Below are positions 1-8,370 of a DNA stretch of 34,580 bases, piece after piece. How positions within the stretch are numbered: position 1 is the first letter of the stretch; every line of letters starts with the position of its first letter. The DNA lies in the IMG/VR virus record IMGVR_UViG_2617270944_000003, positions 1 through 34,580 of that record; one strand, given 5' to 3'. Under the pieces are notes generated by a model. It was not told where the DNA came from. It made no database searches and saw nothing but the letters and a program-made list of their open reading frames with translations. This stretch comes from a virus (lineage: Duplodnaviria; Heunggongvirae; Uroviricota; Caudoviricetes). The position numbers were made by a program, and so were the translations under genes.

Positions 1-47
1 ATGTAGGAATTTCGGACGCGGGTTCAACTCCCGCCAGCTCCACCAAA
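1..47 (+). repeat. ssrA: attL: 47-bp direct repeat matching the 3' terminus of tmRNA (ssrA); likely the 3' end of the intact host tmRNA gene, whose body lies upstream of the window
   Basis: Sequence atgtaggaatttcggacgcgggttcaactcccgccagctccaccaaa is repeated exactly at 34534-34580; ggacgcgggttcaactcccgccagctccacca is recognised from memory as the tmRNA acceptor/T-arm 3' end. Confidence 0.75.
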
Positions 48-55
48 TAAATCAA

Positions 56-88
56 GGGGTTACGTGAAAGCGTAGCCCCTTTTTCTTT
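56..88 (+). terminator. Rho-independent terminator immediately downstream of the tmRNA 3' end
   Basis: 9-bp stem ggggttacg / cgtagcccc with loop tgaaag, followed by tttttcttt. Confidence 0.6.
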
Positions 89-168
89 GGTAGTGGCGGC
101 AAAATGGCGACAGACTTTTGCGTCCATCTTGCCTGTCGCCATCTTGAAATCATGCAAAGAGGTTTCAC

Positions 169-444
169 ATGGAAGAACTTCACTTTGTTTACATCAATGC
201 AAATGGTCGTATCGGTGTTCACTCTATACAGAGCATCAGTTATAGCGAAAATCATATACAGGGCATTTGTAAGAACACCGATCGAATAAAAACCTTCCGA
301 AAAGACCGCATTCTTAAACAGTACGATTCACCAGAACAAGCCATTCAGGAGTGCGCGTCATTCCTCCCCGAAAACTACTCACATCTCACCAAGCAGTCTG
401 GTCCGAAAAAAAAATACATTCGATGTATGTTTCACCGGATTTAA
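169..444 (+). CDS. Small hypothetical protein (91 aa) with WYL-like domain pattern; att-adjacent cargo
   Basis: ATG at 169 preceded by AGAGG about 8 nt upstream; translated segment FVYINANGRIGVH...IKTFRKDRI resembles the WYL-domain consensus (remembered pattern only). Confidence 0.45.
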   Translation: MEELHFVYINANGRIGVHSIQSISYSENHIQGICKNTDRIKTFRKDRILKQYDSPEQAIQECASFLPENYSHLTKQSGPKKKYIRCMFHRI

Positions 445-463
445 GAAAGCAGATAAAGAAAGA

Positions 464-652
464 TTGGTTGATAAGGCGAATGAACAAGGATTAACGGTAA
501 GAACCTCTGTAACCCAAAGCCTTCAGATGCTCTGTTGCGGTTACAATGCAGGCCCATCAAAAGTATCGGCAGCCCGGATGAAAGGCACAATCATCATAGA
601 TGAGCCTGGCTTTATACATTTTCTTGAAACGGGTGAGATCCCAGATGAATAA
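464..652 (+). CDS. Small hypothetical ORF (62 aa, TTG start)
   Basis: ORF with non-ATG start and weak RBS; ends at the bidirectional terminator. Low support. Confidence 0.2.
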   Translation: MVDKANEQGLTVRTSVTQSLQMLCCGYNAGPSKVSAARMKGTIIIDEPGFIHFLETGEIPDE

Positions 653-680
653 AAACCTGCCGTAGCAGGTTCTCTTTCTC
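650..680. terminator. Bidirectional intrinsic terminator between the small plus-strand ORF and ogr
   Basis: Perfect 7-bp stem aacctgc / gcaggtt with loop cgta, flanked by an A-run on one side and a T-rich run on the other. Confidence 0.6.
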
Positions 681-897
681 AAAAATTCATATGCCCCTGA
701 CCACCTGGCAATGGATGTGGAGGAGCAGTAGCAATCAGTGCGGGTGTCACAATAAACCGGACCACTGTTTCATGGGTAACAAAAGTGCTCCCGCAGTTAA
801 TATTTTGGCACTGGCAGTAACGCTCTTTGGTGCTTTCAGTTACTTGAAAACTGCTCCTTGTGTGTGCCGCATGACCACACTTTGGACAATTCATCAT
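679..897 (-). CDS. ogr: Ogr/Delta-family zinc-finger late transcription activator
   Basis: Translation MMNCPKCGHAAHTRSSFQVTESTKERYCQCQNINCGSTF... matches the Cys4 pattern of P2 Ogr; tandem ATG at 897/894; AGGGA RBS upstream; located next to gene D as in P2. Confidence 0.85.
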   Translation of the reverse strand: MMNCPKCGHAAHTRSSFQVTESTKERYCQCQNINCGSTFVTHETVVRFIVTPALIATAPPHPLPGGQGHMNF

Positions 898-965
898 ATC
901 CAGATCCCTACCTTTGCTATCAGAATCATTGTAATGATACACAAAATATCAATATTGAGAACACT

Positions 966-2066
966 TTATTCCATTTCAAGATCATAAATCTTCACTTCGA
1001 GTTCAATACTGGTTGTAAAACCGTTATCCGGGCTGACGGTATGTGTCAGAGTCGTAATGGTCCATTCCGCATCATCTATTGGCTGTTTAAAACCACTGAC
1101 CTTCACAGGCATTTCCGTGTAGAGATCTGCCCGCCCTTCCGCCAGTTGTAGCGAGAATGACGCAACGCCACGTTGCAGGCGTTCCCACTGCATTTTCGCT
1201 GCCCGTTCAGCGTTGCTCCGGTTGGCATAAGTGCGATTAAGTACCAGCACGTTTTCATCCGTCCCCACCAGGTAATCGCCCTGCTTCGCTTCCGGCTCTT
1301 TCTTCTGCTTCTTAGTCCTGCGCTTACGCTTCACCGTAGTGCTTTCTTTCTTCGCGGGTTCGCGGGTATGCAACCAGCTGGCAATTACCCCCGTGTAAGC
1401 TCCGCGATCTGCCAGGGTAAAGCGGTGACTGTCGCCGTCCTTACGTGTGATAGTAATCACCGGCAGTGGTTTACCGCTGGCGCTTTTGCCCTGTCCCTGC
1501 CGGATGAATAACAGATTGCCATTTTTCACCGATGCAATGGCACCGTACTGGCGCGCCAGCCGCATCAAAAAACTGCCGTCACTCTCATTAGTCTGGTCTA
1601 TATGCTCCACGGGCTTATCCGACAGGTCTTTACCCAGTGCCATCTTCAGCTTGTGCCGCGCGGCTATTTCCTTCACCACTTCCCCGATGGTGGTGTTATG
1701 CCACGATTTTTCACGGCGGGTATTCAGCGTTTCCCGAAAATCAGCACTTCGCGCCCGGATAGTCAGGCGGTCCGGTGCGCCAGTGTGTTCAATCTCGTCC
1801 ACCGTGAATGCCCCTTTCGGGAAAAGCGGCTGCCCCTTCCAACCCAGCGCCAGCGTAATGACCGCACCACGGCGCGGCAGCACGATTTTTCCGTCGACGT
1901 CGTCCAGCTCCAGATCAAGCTGGTCCGCTTCAAAGCCCCGGTTATCCGTCAGCGTAAGCCCCATCAGGCGTTTGTCCAGCACAGTGGTGATATCCTTCCC
2001 CTCAATACTGATGCTGAATGCGGGAGTTTTGTTGCCTTTGTTAAGCAGTTCAGAGCTGAAATTCAC
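966..2066 (-). CDS. D: Tail protein D (late control gene D family)
   Basis: 366-aa ORF in the P2 FETUD order; GTG start overlapping the U stop (GTGA). Confidence 0.8.
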   Translation of the reverse strand: MNFSSELLNKGNKTPAFSISIEGKDITTVLDKRLMGLTLTDNRGFEADQLDLELDDVDGKIVLPRRGAVITLALGWKGQPLFPKGAFTVDEIEHTGAPDRLTIRARSADFRETLNTRREKSWHNTTIGEVVKEIAARHKLKMALGKDLSDKPVEHIDQTNESDGSFLMRLARQYGAIASVKNGNLLFIRQGQGKSASGKPLPVITITRKDGDSHRFTLADRGAYTGVIASWLHTREPAKKESTTVKRKRRTKKQKKEPEAKQGDYLVGTDENVLVLNRTYANRSNAERAAKMQWERLQRGVASFSLQLAEGRADLYTEMPVKVSGFKQPIDDAEWTITTLTHTVSPDNGFTTSIELEVKIYDLEME

Positions 2067-2548
2067 GACAGCAGCCCTCCCACCGTTTTACTGATATCGC
2101 TTAAGGCAGACGTTGCCGTATCCTGCAAATTATTCAGCTGCGCACTGAGATCACCGAACATATCGGACAGGGATTCATCCACCCGTTTGAGCGACAGGGT
2201 AAACTCAATCCGGCGCGGCATACCATCGCGGAAAAACTCCGTTTTAGTCTGATTCAGTCCCTCAATCACATACATGCCGTAAATCGTGCCGCTGCCTTCA
2301 ATCAGGGGCCATGCTTTTCCCTGTTCTGCCATTTGCTCCAGAGCCAGCAACGACAGCCTGCCGCCCGTTATCTCCGGCATAAGAACACCAGAAAGCGTCA
2401 GCATGTCGTTGTCCGGTCCCAGAAACTGCGTGGACGGACGACGGTTTACCCGGCTGTTTGCCGCATGTCGCCAGCTGCGTTGATACTGCAGTTCCTGATA
2501 CGGAACGGTGCGCAGCATAAACACGTACAATCCCAGCACCATCATCAT
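2063..2548 (-). CDS. U: Tail protein U
   Basis: Translation MMMVLGLYVFMLRTVPYQELQYQRS... closely matches remembered P2 gpU; start overlaps the T stop. Confidence 0.85.
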   Translation of the reverse strand: MMMVLGLYVFMLRTVPYQELQYQRSWRHAANSRVNRRPSTQFLGPDNDMLTLSGVLMPEITGGRLSLLALEQMAEQGKAWPLIEGSGTIYGMYVIEGLNQTKTEFFRDGMPRRIEFTLSLKRVDESLSDMFGDLSAQLNNLQDTATSALSDISKTVGGLLS

Positions 2549-5500
2549 GCGTCGTATCCCCCCTGATCGCTGTAGTTACTCCTGGCTTTTGCCTTCAGCC
2601 TGCGTTCACGTTCATCAAGCTGGCGTGCCACCTCCCGCGCAATATCCTGCGCACTTTGTCCTGGCTGCGTCTGAATGATGATCTGCGTCGGTGCCTCAAT
2701 CCGGTGAACGGGCGGCACAGTGGCTGCACGACTCACCATCGCTTCGTCGCCTTTCGCGGGAAGTGCCAAAGGATGCAACGGTGGAAGCTCTGCAGGCGCG
2801 GCAGCAACGCCCATCATTCCGGCAACAACGGCAGCCAGTGCAGCTGTATTTCTCCGGCTGGTCACATTTGCCGGGCCGTTAACAATTTCCGGCCCGTTTT
2901 CACCGACGATGCCAAACTGCCCGCGCGGGATATAGCCGCCGCTGTCATACATCCCCGCAAAGCCATATCCCCATGACGGAACCCCCCCCGATGGCATCAT
3001 CACTTTACCGTCTGCATTCACCGTCGCAGGTTGCTGACGCGTCACTCTTTCCGGCAGTTTCGCCTTTGCAGCCTCTTTACTGACAATGCCGAGTTTCTCC
3101 AGCAACCAGGAAACGCCGGATTTCAGGGAGTCCAGCGGATGCATGACCATATTCAGCCCTTCCGCCAGTGCCTCCCCGAATCGCCGCCCCATTGCCGCTG
3201 CACTCTGCAGTTCGGCAGAGGTCGACTTAACGGGCGTCAGCAGATCAGTAAACCAGCCCCACAGCGCCTGTACTTTGTCGCCAATCCACTGGAACACGGG
3301 CTTAAGCGCTTCGAATGCTGCACTGACGGGACCTGCCGCCGCTTTGAATCCTTCCACCACGCCACCAAGAAATGCGGTGATGGGTTGCCAGTATTTCCAG
3401 ACAACCAGCGCCACGCCCGCCAGTGCAGTAACCACAAGACCTATCGGACTGAGCAGAGCACCTAACAGACCAGATACGGCATACAGGGCAACGCGCAGCA
3501 TCGCCAGTGGACCAGATGCCAGTACTCGCAGCACCGTGCCTGCGGAGGCCAGTCCACCGCGCAGTACCGCCAGAGGATTCATAAACATCACAGCAACAGC
3601 ACGTAAACCGGATAATCCAGACCGCAAAAGTGCAACCGGCGCACCTGCTACAGTTTTCAGGACATTTCCCGTCAGTGATGCCGTGCGGCGCAAAGACGAC
3701 AACGGCGCAGTAAGTAAACCTGCGGCGTTGCCCGATGAAGCAAGCCCGCGTCGCAGCAGTGCAAGTGGTGCGCCAGCCAACCAGGACAACGCGCTGCTGG
3801 TTCGCGTTACTGCTGCCGTAACGGAAGGTAACGTTTTGATACCCAGCACAGAGAATCCCAGACGGATGACTGCCAGCGGTCCCAGCACAGCAGCCAACAC
3901 CACAGCCAGGGTGCCGAGGCCCACAGTAACAGCAGCCACAACCGCTGCTACTTTCATCAGTGTGCCCGTCAGTTCAGGGTTAGCTTCCACCCAGCGACGC
4001 AACGCCCCCGTGATGCTTTTCACCGTGTACAGAATATCCATCAGCGGCTGGCGCAGCGTTTCGCCCAGGCTGCTGAAGGTGTTCTGCGCTCCGGTTTTGA
4101 CCAGCAACCACTGCGCAGAAAGTGAGTCCTTGTTAATGTCGGATTCTTTCTGCATCGAACCGAGCGCATCATTGCCAGCTGTCAGTTTTAGCTGGCGCTG
4201 CAGTTCCGGCAGGTTGTTTGCCAGTTTCGCCGCATCATCGCCAAACTCTTTACCAAACAACATGGTCATGGCAGACAGGCGCTTATCCTGCGGCAGTGCG
4301 TTCACCTTCTCCAGTACGCGCTGGATAGTTCCCATCGCATCCTTCGTCATCTGCTTTTCAATCACTTCAGGATTGAGTTTCAGCAGATTCATTCCTTCAA
4401 AGAAACTCTTGCTTTGCATGGTGGCAATGGACAATTCACGCACCATCGCGTTGGCAGCACTGGCAGCGACCTCCGGCGCAGCACCCAGTGTCAGGAAGGT
4501 GGAACCCAGCGCCGCCGCTTTACGATAATCCAGACGATCAGCCACACCGCCCAGGCGTTGCATGACATCAATGATGTCTGCCCCTTTCGACATAGCGTTA
4601 TCATCCAGATAGTTCAGCGCATCACCGAGCTGTTCAATATTGCGGGTTGGTATTTTGTAGAGCTGGGCGATTTTCCCCAGACTTTCTGACAGTTCATCCG
4701 CTGGCAGCTCAAAGGCTGTTGCCGCCTTTGCTGCCGTACTGGCGAAGGCCAGCAGGTCACGTTTCTGGTCCTCCCAGCTGTCGTCAGGGTTTGCCACATT
4801 CATGCGCGCACCACCTTCAACCAGTGCGGCGAAGTCCACAGCACCGTTTTCCATTGGCAGCTGTTCACTGGCAGCTTTGATGGCATCCTGCATTTCGTAA
4901 AAACGCGCAGTGCGGTTGCCATTATCGTCACGCAGACCATTGACCTGCTTTGCCACACCTTTCATGGCATCTTCCATGCTGGTATAGCTTTTTACCGCCG
5001 CCATCACTGGCGCGCCCATTGCCAGCCCTGCAGCCGTGGTGGTGGCTCCGGCTCCTGCGATGCGATCGCGCACTTCAAGCCGTCTTGAGTATTGTTCTCT
5101 GGCAGCGTTCATCCGTGCCTGTTGTTCACCCAGACGTTTAAGTGCTTTTTGCTGGCCCTCCAGTGCCTGACGAGTTTCTTCGGCATTTTTCTTAAGTTCT
5201 CGCTGGGCACTACTGAGTTGTCTGGTATCAATCCCTGATTCTTTAAGTGCCTGACGTTGTCTCTGGACCGCCCCCAACAAGCCGTTATAGGTCTGCTGAA
5301 GTTCCTGTACTCGTGTTTTGGCCTGACTGAATAACTTTGCCTGCGCGGCGGTTGGCCTGTTAGTGGCAGCAAATTGTGTGGCGAGTTTTGCCGCCTCTTC
5401 GCGGGCTGCGTTCAGGTTGTTGGCTGTTATGGCTAGTTGCGAGCGCGTCTTGCGAAATTCATCAATTCTGCCAGCCTGCTTATTCAGTTCTTTGAGGCTG

Positions 5501-5622
5501 TTTCGGGTATTCTGAATTGCGCCAGCCAGCTCTTTCGAACTGGCCTGTGCAGCACGGAATGGGCGGGTGAGTTTGTCAACCGCATTAAGAATGACCTGCA
5601 GGCGCAGGTTATTATCACTCAT
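2545..5622 (-). CDS. T: Tail tape measure protein
   Basis: 1025-aa ORF with coiled-coil N-terminal half and Ala/Gly/Leu-rich transmembrane-like middle, typical of P2 gpT; positioned between E and U. Confidence 0.85.
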   Translation of the reverse strand: MSDNNLRLQVILNAVDKLTRPFRAAQASSKELAGAIQNTRNSLKELNKQAGRIDEFRKTRSQLAITANNLNAAREEAAKLATQFAATNRPTAAQAKLFSQAKTRVQELQQTYNGLLGAVQRQRQALKESGIDTRQLSSAQRELKKNAEETRQALEGQQKALKRLGEQQARMNAAREQYSRRLEVRDRIAGAGATTTAAGLAMGAPVMAAVKSYTSMEDAMKGVAKQVNGLRDDNGNRTARFYEMQDAIKAASEQLPMENGAVDFAALVEGGARMNVANPDDSWEDQKRDLLAFASTAAKAATAFELPADELSESLGKIAQLYKIPTRNIEQLGDALNYLDDNAMSKGADIIDVMQRLGGVADRLDYRKAAALGSTFLTLGAAPEVAASAANAMVRELSIATMQSKSFFEGMNLLKLNPEVIEKQMTKDAMGTIQRVLEKVNALPQDKRLSAMTMLFGKEFGDDAAKLANNLPELQRQLKLTAGNDALGSMQKESDINKDSLSAQWLLVKTGAQNTFSSLGETLRQPLMDILYTVKSITGALRRWVEANPELTGTLMKVAAVVAAVTVGLGTLAVVLAAVLGPLAVIRLGFSVLGIKTLPSVTAAVTRTSSALSWLAGAPLALLRRGLASSGNAAGLLTAPLSSLRRTASLTGNVLKTVAGAPVALLRSGLSGLRAVAVMFMNPLAVLRGGLASAGTVLRVLASGPLAMLRVALYAVSGLLGALLSPIGLVVTALAGVALVVWKYWQPITAFLGGVVEGFKAAAGPVSAAFEALKPVFQWIGDKVQALWGWFTDLLTPVKSTSAELQSAAAMGRRFGEALAEGLNMVMHPLDSLKSGVSWLLEKLGIVSKEAAKAKLPERVTRQQPATVNADGKVMMPSGGVPSWGYGFAGMYDSGGYIPRGQFGIVGENGPEIVNGPANVTSRRNTAALAAVVAGMMGVAAAPAELPPLHPLALPAKGDEAMVSRAATVPPVHRIEAPTQIIIQTQPGQSAQDIAREVARQLDERERRLKAKARSNYSDQGGYDA

Positions 5623-6051
5623 CGTTGGCCCCGCTTCTCTGAATCGCTTTATACCGCCATTCCAGCACTTCGGTCAGCGGCATAACGTCAGTAACGGATG
5701 GCGGCCAGTGAAAGATGGTGGCGATATCAGCCACCAGATCGTCAACCGTCAGGCTGTCGGTAAACCGGCAAGCACCGACTTCTTCAACAAAAAAGTGACA
5801 ACCTCAACCGACATGGCAGTGAGATCTGCCGGGTCCATCTCTGCAATTTCCTGTGCAGTCAGTGCCGGACTGGAGATGCGGGGGATCACGGTCATCATCG
5901 CGTTCACATCCATATCCATAATGGCCTGCAGGCGTGTACCGCGCAGCGCACCGGACTGCGGTTTACGCAGCACAATTTCGGTGATTTCTGTTTTACCGCG
6001 CTTGATGGGGGTATCCAGTTGAATAGTCTTTTCAGTCTGCTTATCGCTCAT
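5615..6051 (-). CDS. E': E+E' tail assembly chaperone fusion made by -1 programmed frameshift
   Basis: Manual translation of the -1 frame from the slippery site gives a ~57-codon extension that stops at 5617-5615, overlapping the T start codon (5622-5620), mirroring P2 E/E+E'. Confidence 0.6.
5749..6051 (-). CDS. E: Tail assembly chaperone E
   Basis: 100-aa ORF upstream of T; contains a T-TTT-TTG slippery heptamer near its 3' end. Confidence 0.8.
   Translation of the reverse strand: MSDKQTEKTIQLDTPIKRGKTEITEIVLRKPQSGALRGTRLQAIMDMDVNAMMTVIPRISSPALTAQEIAEMDPADLTAMSVEVVTFLLKKSVLAGLPTA
5788..5794 (-). promoter_or_regulatory. -1 programmed ribosomal frameshift slippery heptamer T-TTT-TTG in gene E
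   Basis: Minus-strand TTTTTTG read in the E frame as ACT TTT TTG TTG; same heptamer as the P2 E frameshift site. Confidence 0.6.
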
Positions 6052-6105
6052 TTTGCTGTCCTGTAAATTGGGTTCTGGCGCGGTATCCCGCGCCGTTCAG
6101 ATACA

Positions 6106-6621
6106 TCAGAGGCCGAGGGCGTTGCGGTGCGCTTCCATCAGGTCCACACCGTCCACAATTTCCACCATGTTGATAAGGTCCACTTCATAGAGCACCTCAC
6201 CATTTATAGTCAGCTTCGCGTAGCTGTTGGTACTGGTCACTTTGGTGGTGTTGCTTTCGCCCGTCTTCCACTCGCCGGAATCCACTTCTTTGTGACGTCC
6301 ACGCACCACAAGCTCCACGGCCTGCACTTCCCCGGTATCGTCACGCTGGATAGAGCCGGTAAAGCGCAACTGGATACCATCCACCGTGGCTTTGCCCATC
6401 TGCTTAAACAGCAGCAGTTCAGTACCACCAATGGAAAATTCCGTATCCAGTGCGCCGTCATCCAGCCCCAGATCCACATCCACTGCACCCGGCATTCCGC
6501 CGCCGCGATACTTCTCATATTTGCGGGTGAATTTCGGCAGCGTCAGAGACTCTACGATCCCCTGCCAGTTGTTCCCGTCGTTAAACAGGTTCAGATGTTT
6601 TAATTTGCGTGGTAAAGCCAT
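6106..6621 (-). CDS. FII: Tail tube protein FII
   Basis: 171-aa ORF immediately downstream of the sheath gene, in P2 FI-FII position. Confidence 0.8.
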   Translation of the reverse strand: MALPRKLKHLNLFNDGNNWQGIVESLTLPKFTRKYEKYRGGGMPGAVDVDLGLDDGALDTEFSIGGTELLLFKQMGKATVDGIQLRFTGSIQRDDTGEVQAVELVVRGRHKEVDSGEWKTGESNTTKVTSTNSYAKLTINGEVLYEVDLINMVEIVDGVDLMEAHRNALGL

Positions 6622-6630
6622 GTTGTCCCC

Positions 6631-7803
6631 TTACGCGCTGACCTGGCTGGCAAAATTCACCAGGTACTGATCGGTGATGCGCTGACGCAGCATCAGATTT
6701 TCAAGTGGCGGCACTGGCGTGTAGTCATAGTCGATGGTGAGTTTTCCGGCTTTCAGCGTGTCTTTGTCATTCACCGACTCGTCCAGCCAGCAATCACCAC
6801 CAATGAGATAGCCCTGACTGACCAGGCTGCGCATTTTGGCGCGGATACCTTCGATAATGTCGCGGGCCAGCGACGGGTTCAGCGGTTTGTCCACCGCCCA
6901 CATATGCGCTTCTGCCATCGTGTCCATCAGTACCTGCGCCGTGCGGGTGTAGTTTTCGAAGGCAAAGAGCGGGTCATCACTCAGGCAGCGGGAACCCCAG
7001 AAGCGGAAACCGTCTTTACGGATAAGCGTGGTGACGTCGTTCTGGTTCAGCAGACCTGCATCTGTTGCCGGGCCCTGCAGATCCCAGAACACATCTGCAG
7101 AAATTCCGGTGACACCGTTCACGCCCACGTTGGACAGGCTTTTGTGCCATCCGGTCTGCTCATCAATTTTGGCGCGCAGACCAAGCGCACGGGCGGTGGC
7201 ATATGCCGTTGCTTCAGCATTCAACACCGTGTCCCAGCCAGTAAAGTCAGGCCAAATCAGCATCCCTTCTCGCTGGCTGAAGTTTTCACGGTAAGTGAGC
7301 GCCTCCTGCACCGTCTTGCAGCCATACGCTGACAGGTAAGCAAACCCACGCAGGCTTTGCGCCACGCTCAGCAACTCAGTAGCTACCGCCTTGGTGTCGT
7401 GACCTGGTACACCCAGAATGCGCGGTTTCACCCCGAGCTGTGACTGGGCAGATAACAGGGCTTTCATGCCAGTTTTTTTACCTTCAGCGGTCACTGCGCC
7501 GATGATATTAGTCGTGGTTTCGTCTTCCGTTTCCCCCTGCGGCACACGCACAACAACGGTCACGGGTTTTGCCTGGTCAGCGATGGCATCCAGCGAACGG
7601 GCCAGCGTGCCGGACTCACCCGCTTTACCGCTGGCAGTCAGCACATCAGTGATCAGCACAGGTTTGTTAAGAGGAAACATTTTTGCATCGGCATCATCGC
7701 CCGTGCAGACCATACCCACGATGGCGGTGCTCACCGTGGTAATGGATCGGGTGCCTTCGTTGACTTCAACAACGCGCACCCCGTGGTGGTAATCCTGAGC
7801 CAT
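6631..7803 (-). CDS. FI: Contractile tail sheath protein FI
   Basis: 390-aa ORF, first gene of the F-E-T-U-D operon, preceded by a late promoter element. Confidence 0.85.
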   Translation of the reverse strand: MAQDYHHGVRVVEVNEGTRSITTVSTAIVGMVCTGDDADAKMFPLNKPVLITDVLTASGKAGESGTLARSLDAIADQAKPVTVVVRVPQGETEDETTTNIIGAVTAEGKKTGMKALLSAQSQLGVKPRILGVPGHDTKAVATELLSVAQSLRGFAYLSAYGCKTVQEALTYRENFSQREGMLIWPDFTGWDTVLNAEATAYATARALGLRAKIDEQTGWHKSLSNVGVNGVTGISADVFWDLQGPATDAGLLNQNDVTTLIRKDGFRFWGSRCLSDDPLFAFENYTRTAQVLMDTMAEAHMWAVDKPLNPSLARDIIEGIRAKMRSLVSQGYLIGGDCWLDESVNDKDTLKAGKLTIDYDYTPVPPLENLMLRQRITDQYLVNFASQVSA

Positions 7804-7878
7804 AAGGCAGTCTCTCCGGTAGTAGAGGGGGTCTGCCTATGTTCTGGTTGATACGAGCAGGATGCACGTTATGTGGTT

Positions 7879-7896
7879 TGTATGAAAAATGGCACA
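7879..7896 (-). promoter_or_regulatory. Ogr-dependent late promoter activator site (TGT-N12-ACA) upstream of FI
   Basis: tgtatgaaaaatggcaca in the 130-bp G-FI intergenic region, about 80 bp upstream of the FI ATG. Confidence 0.5.
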
Positions 7897-7935
7897 ACGG
7901 CGGATACAGGAATCCCCGCAGACGCGGGGATGTAT

Positions 7936-8370
7936 TCAGACTTCTGGTGATAAAGGCCAGACTATATCCGGGGCATCACTTACATTAATATTTTCAAGTA
8001 ACTCAAGATAATCCAGCATCGCATTAAATCTGGTTGTCTCCATTTCGTTCAGCCTGCCAAGCTGTAATTTTGATGGCCATTGTTTTTCATTAATCAGGTT
8101 GTTAGCCTCATTAATGCGCATCTGTTTCATCATTTCTGCCTGTTCCACCTGTTCCTCATGGGTCAATGGTGGACGTTCTTCCCATGATGGCTGGTTATCA
8201 GTGCCTGCAACCATTTTGTACCCTTCCCGATAACCAAGATAAAACTCCTGATAGACTGCATCACTTACCTCAATACAGTCATCCGGCCACGCATCGAGAG
8301 CATCGTAATAATCAGATTTCAGTTCACTGTTATAAAATGCATTTCTTGATGGACTGTAAAAATAACTCAT
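7936..8370 (-). CDS. G: Tail fiber assembly protein
   Basis: Translation MSYFYSPSRNAFYNSELKSDYYDALDAWPDD... typical of tail fiber assembly chaperones; ATG overlaps the H stop (TGATG). Confidence 0.75.
   Translation of the reverse strand: MSYFYSPSRNAFYNSELKSDYYDALDAWPDDCIEVSDAVYQEFYLGYREGYKMVAGTDNQPSWEERPPLTHEEQVEQAEMMKQMRINEANNLINEKQWPSKLQLGRLNEMETTRFNAMLDYLELLENINVSDAPDIVWPLSPEV

Noticed and set aside
679-942. 87-aa extended form of Ogr starting at 942
   Set aside because: Ogr-family proteins begin at the zinc-finger motif; the tandem ATG at 897/894 with an AGGGA RBS gives the expected ~72-aa protein.
1447-2252. Plus-strand ORFs of 215 and 216 aa overlapping genes D and U
   Set aside because: Antisense to well-supported tail genes; Arg/Ser/Pro-rich shadow frames.
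3086-4528. 480-aa plus-strand ORF (and neighbours 2656-2976, 3031-3465) inside the tape measure region
   Set aside because: Lies antisense to the 1025-aa tape measure gene in GC-rich DNA; low-complexity Ala/Ser/Pro/Arg-rich translation typical of shadow ORFs; no start context.
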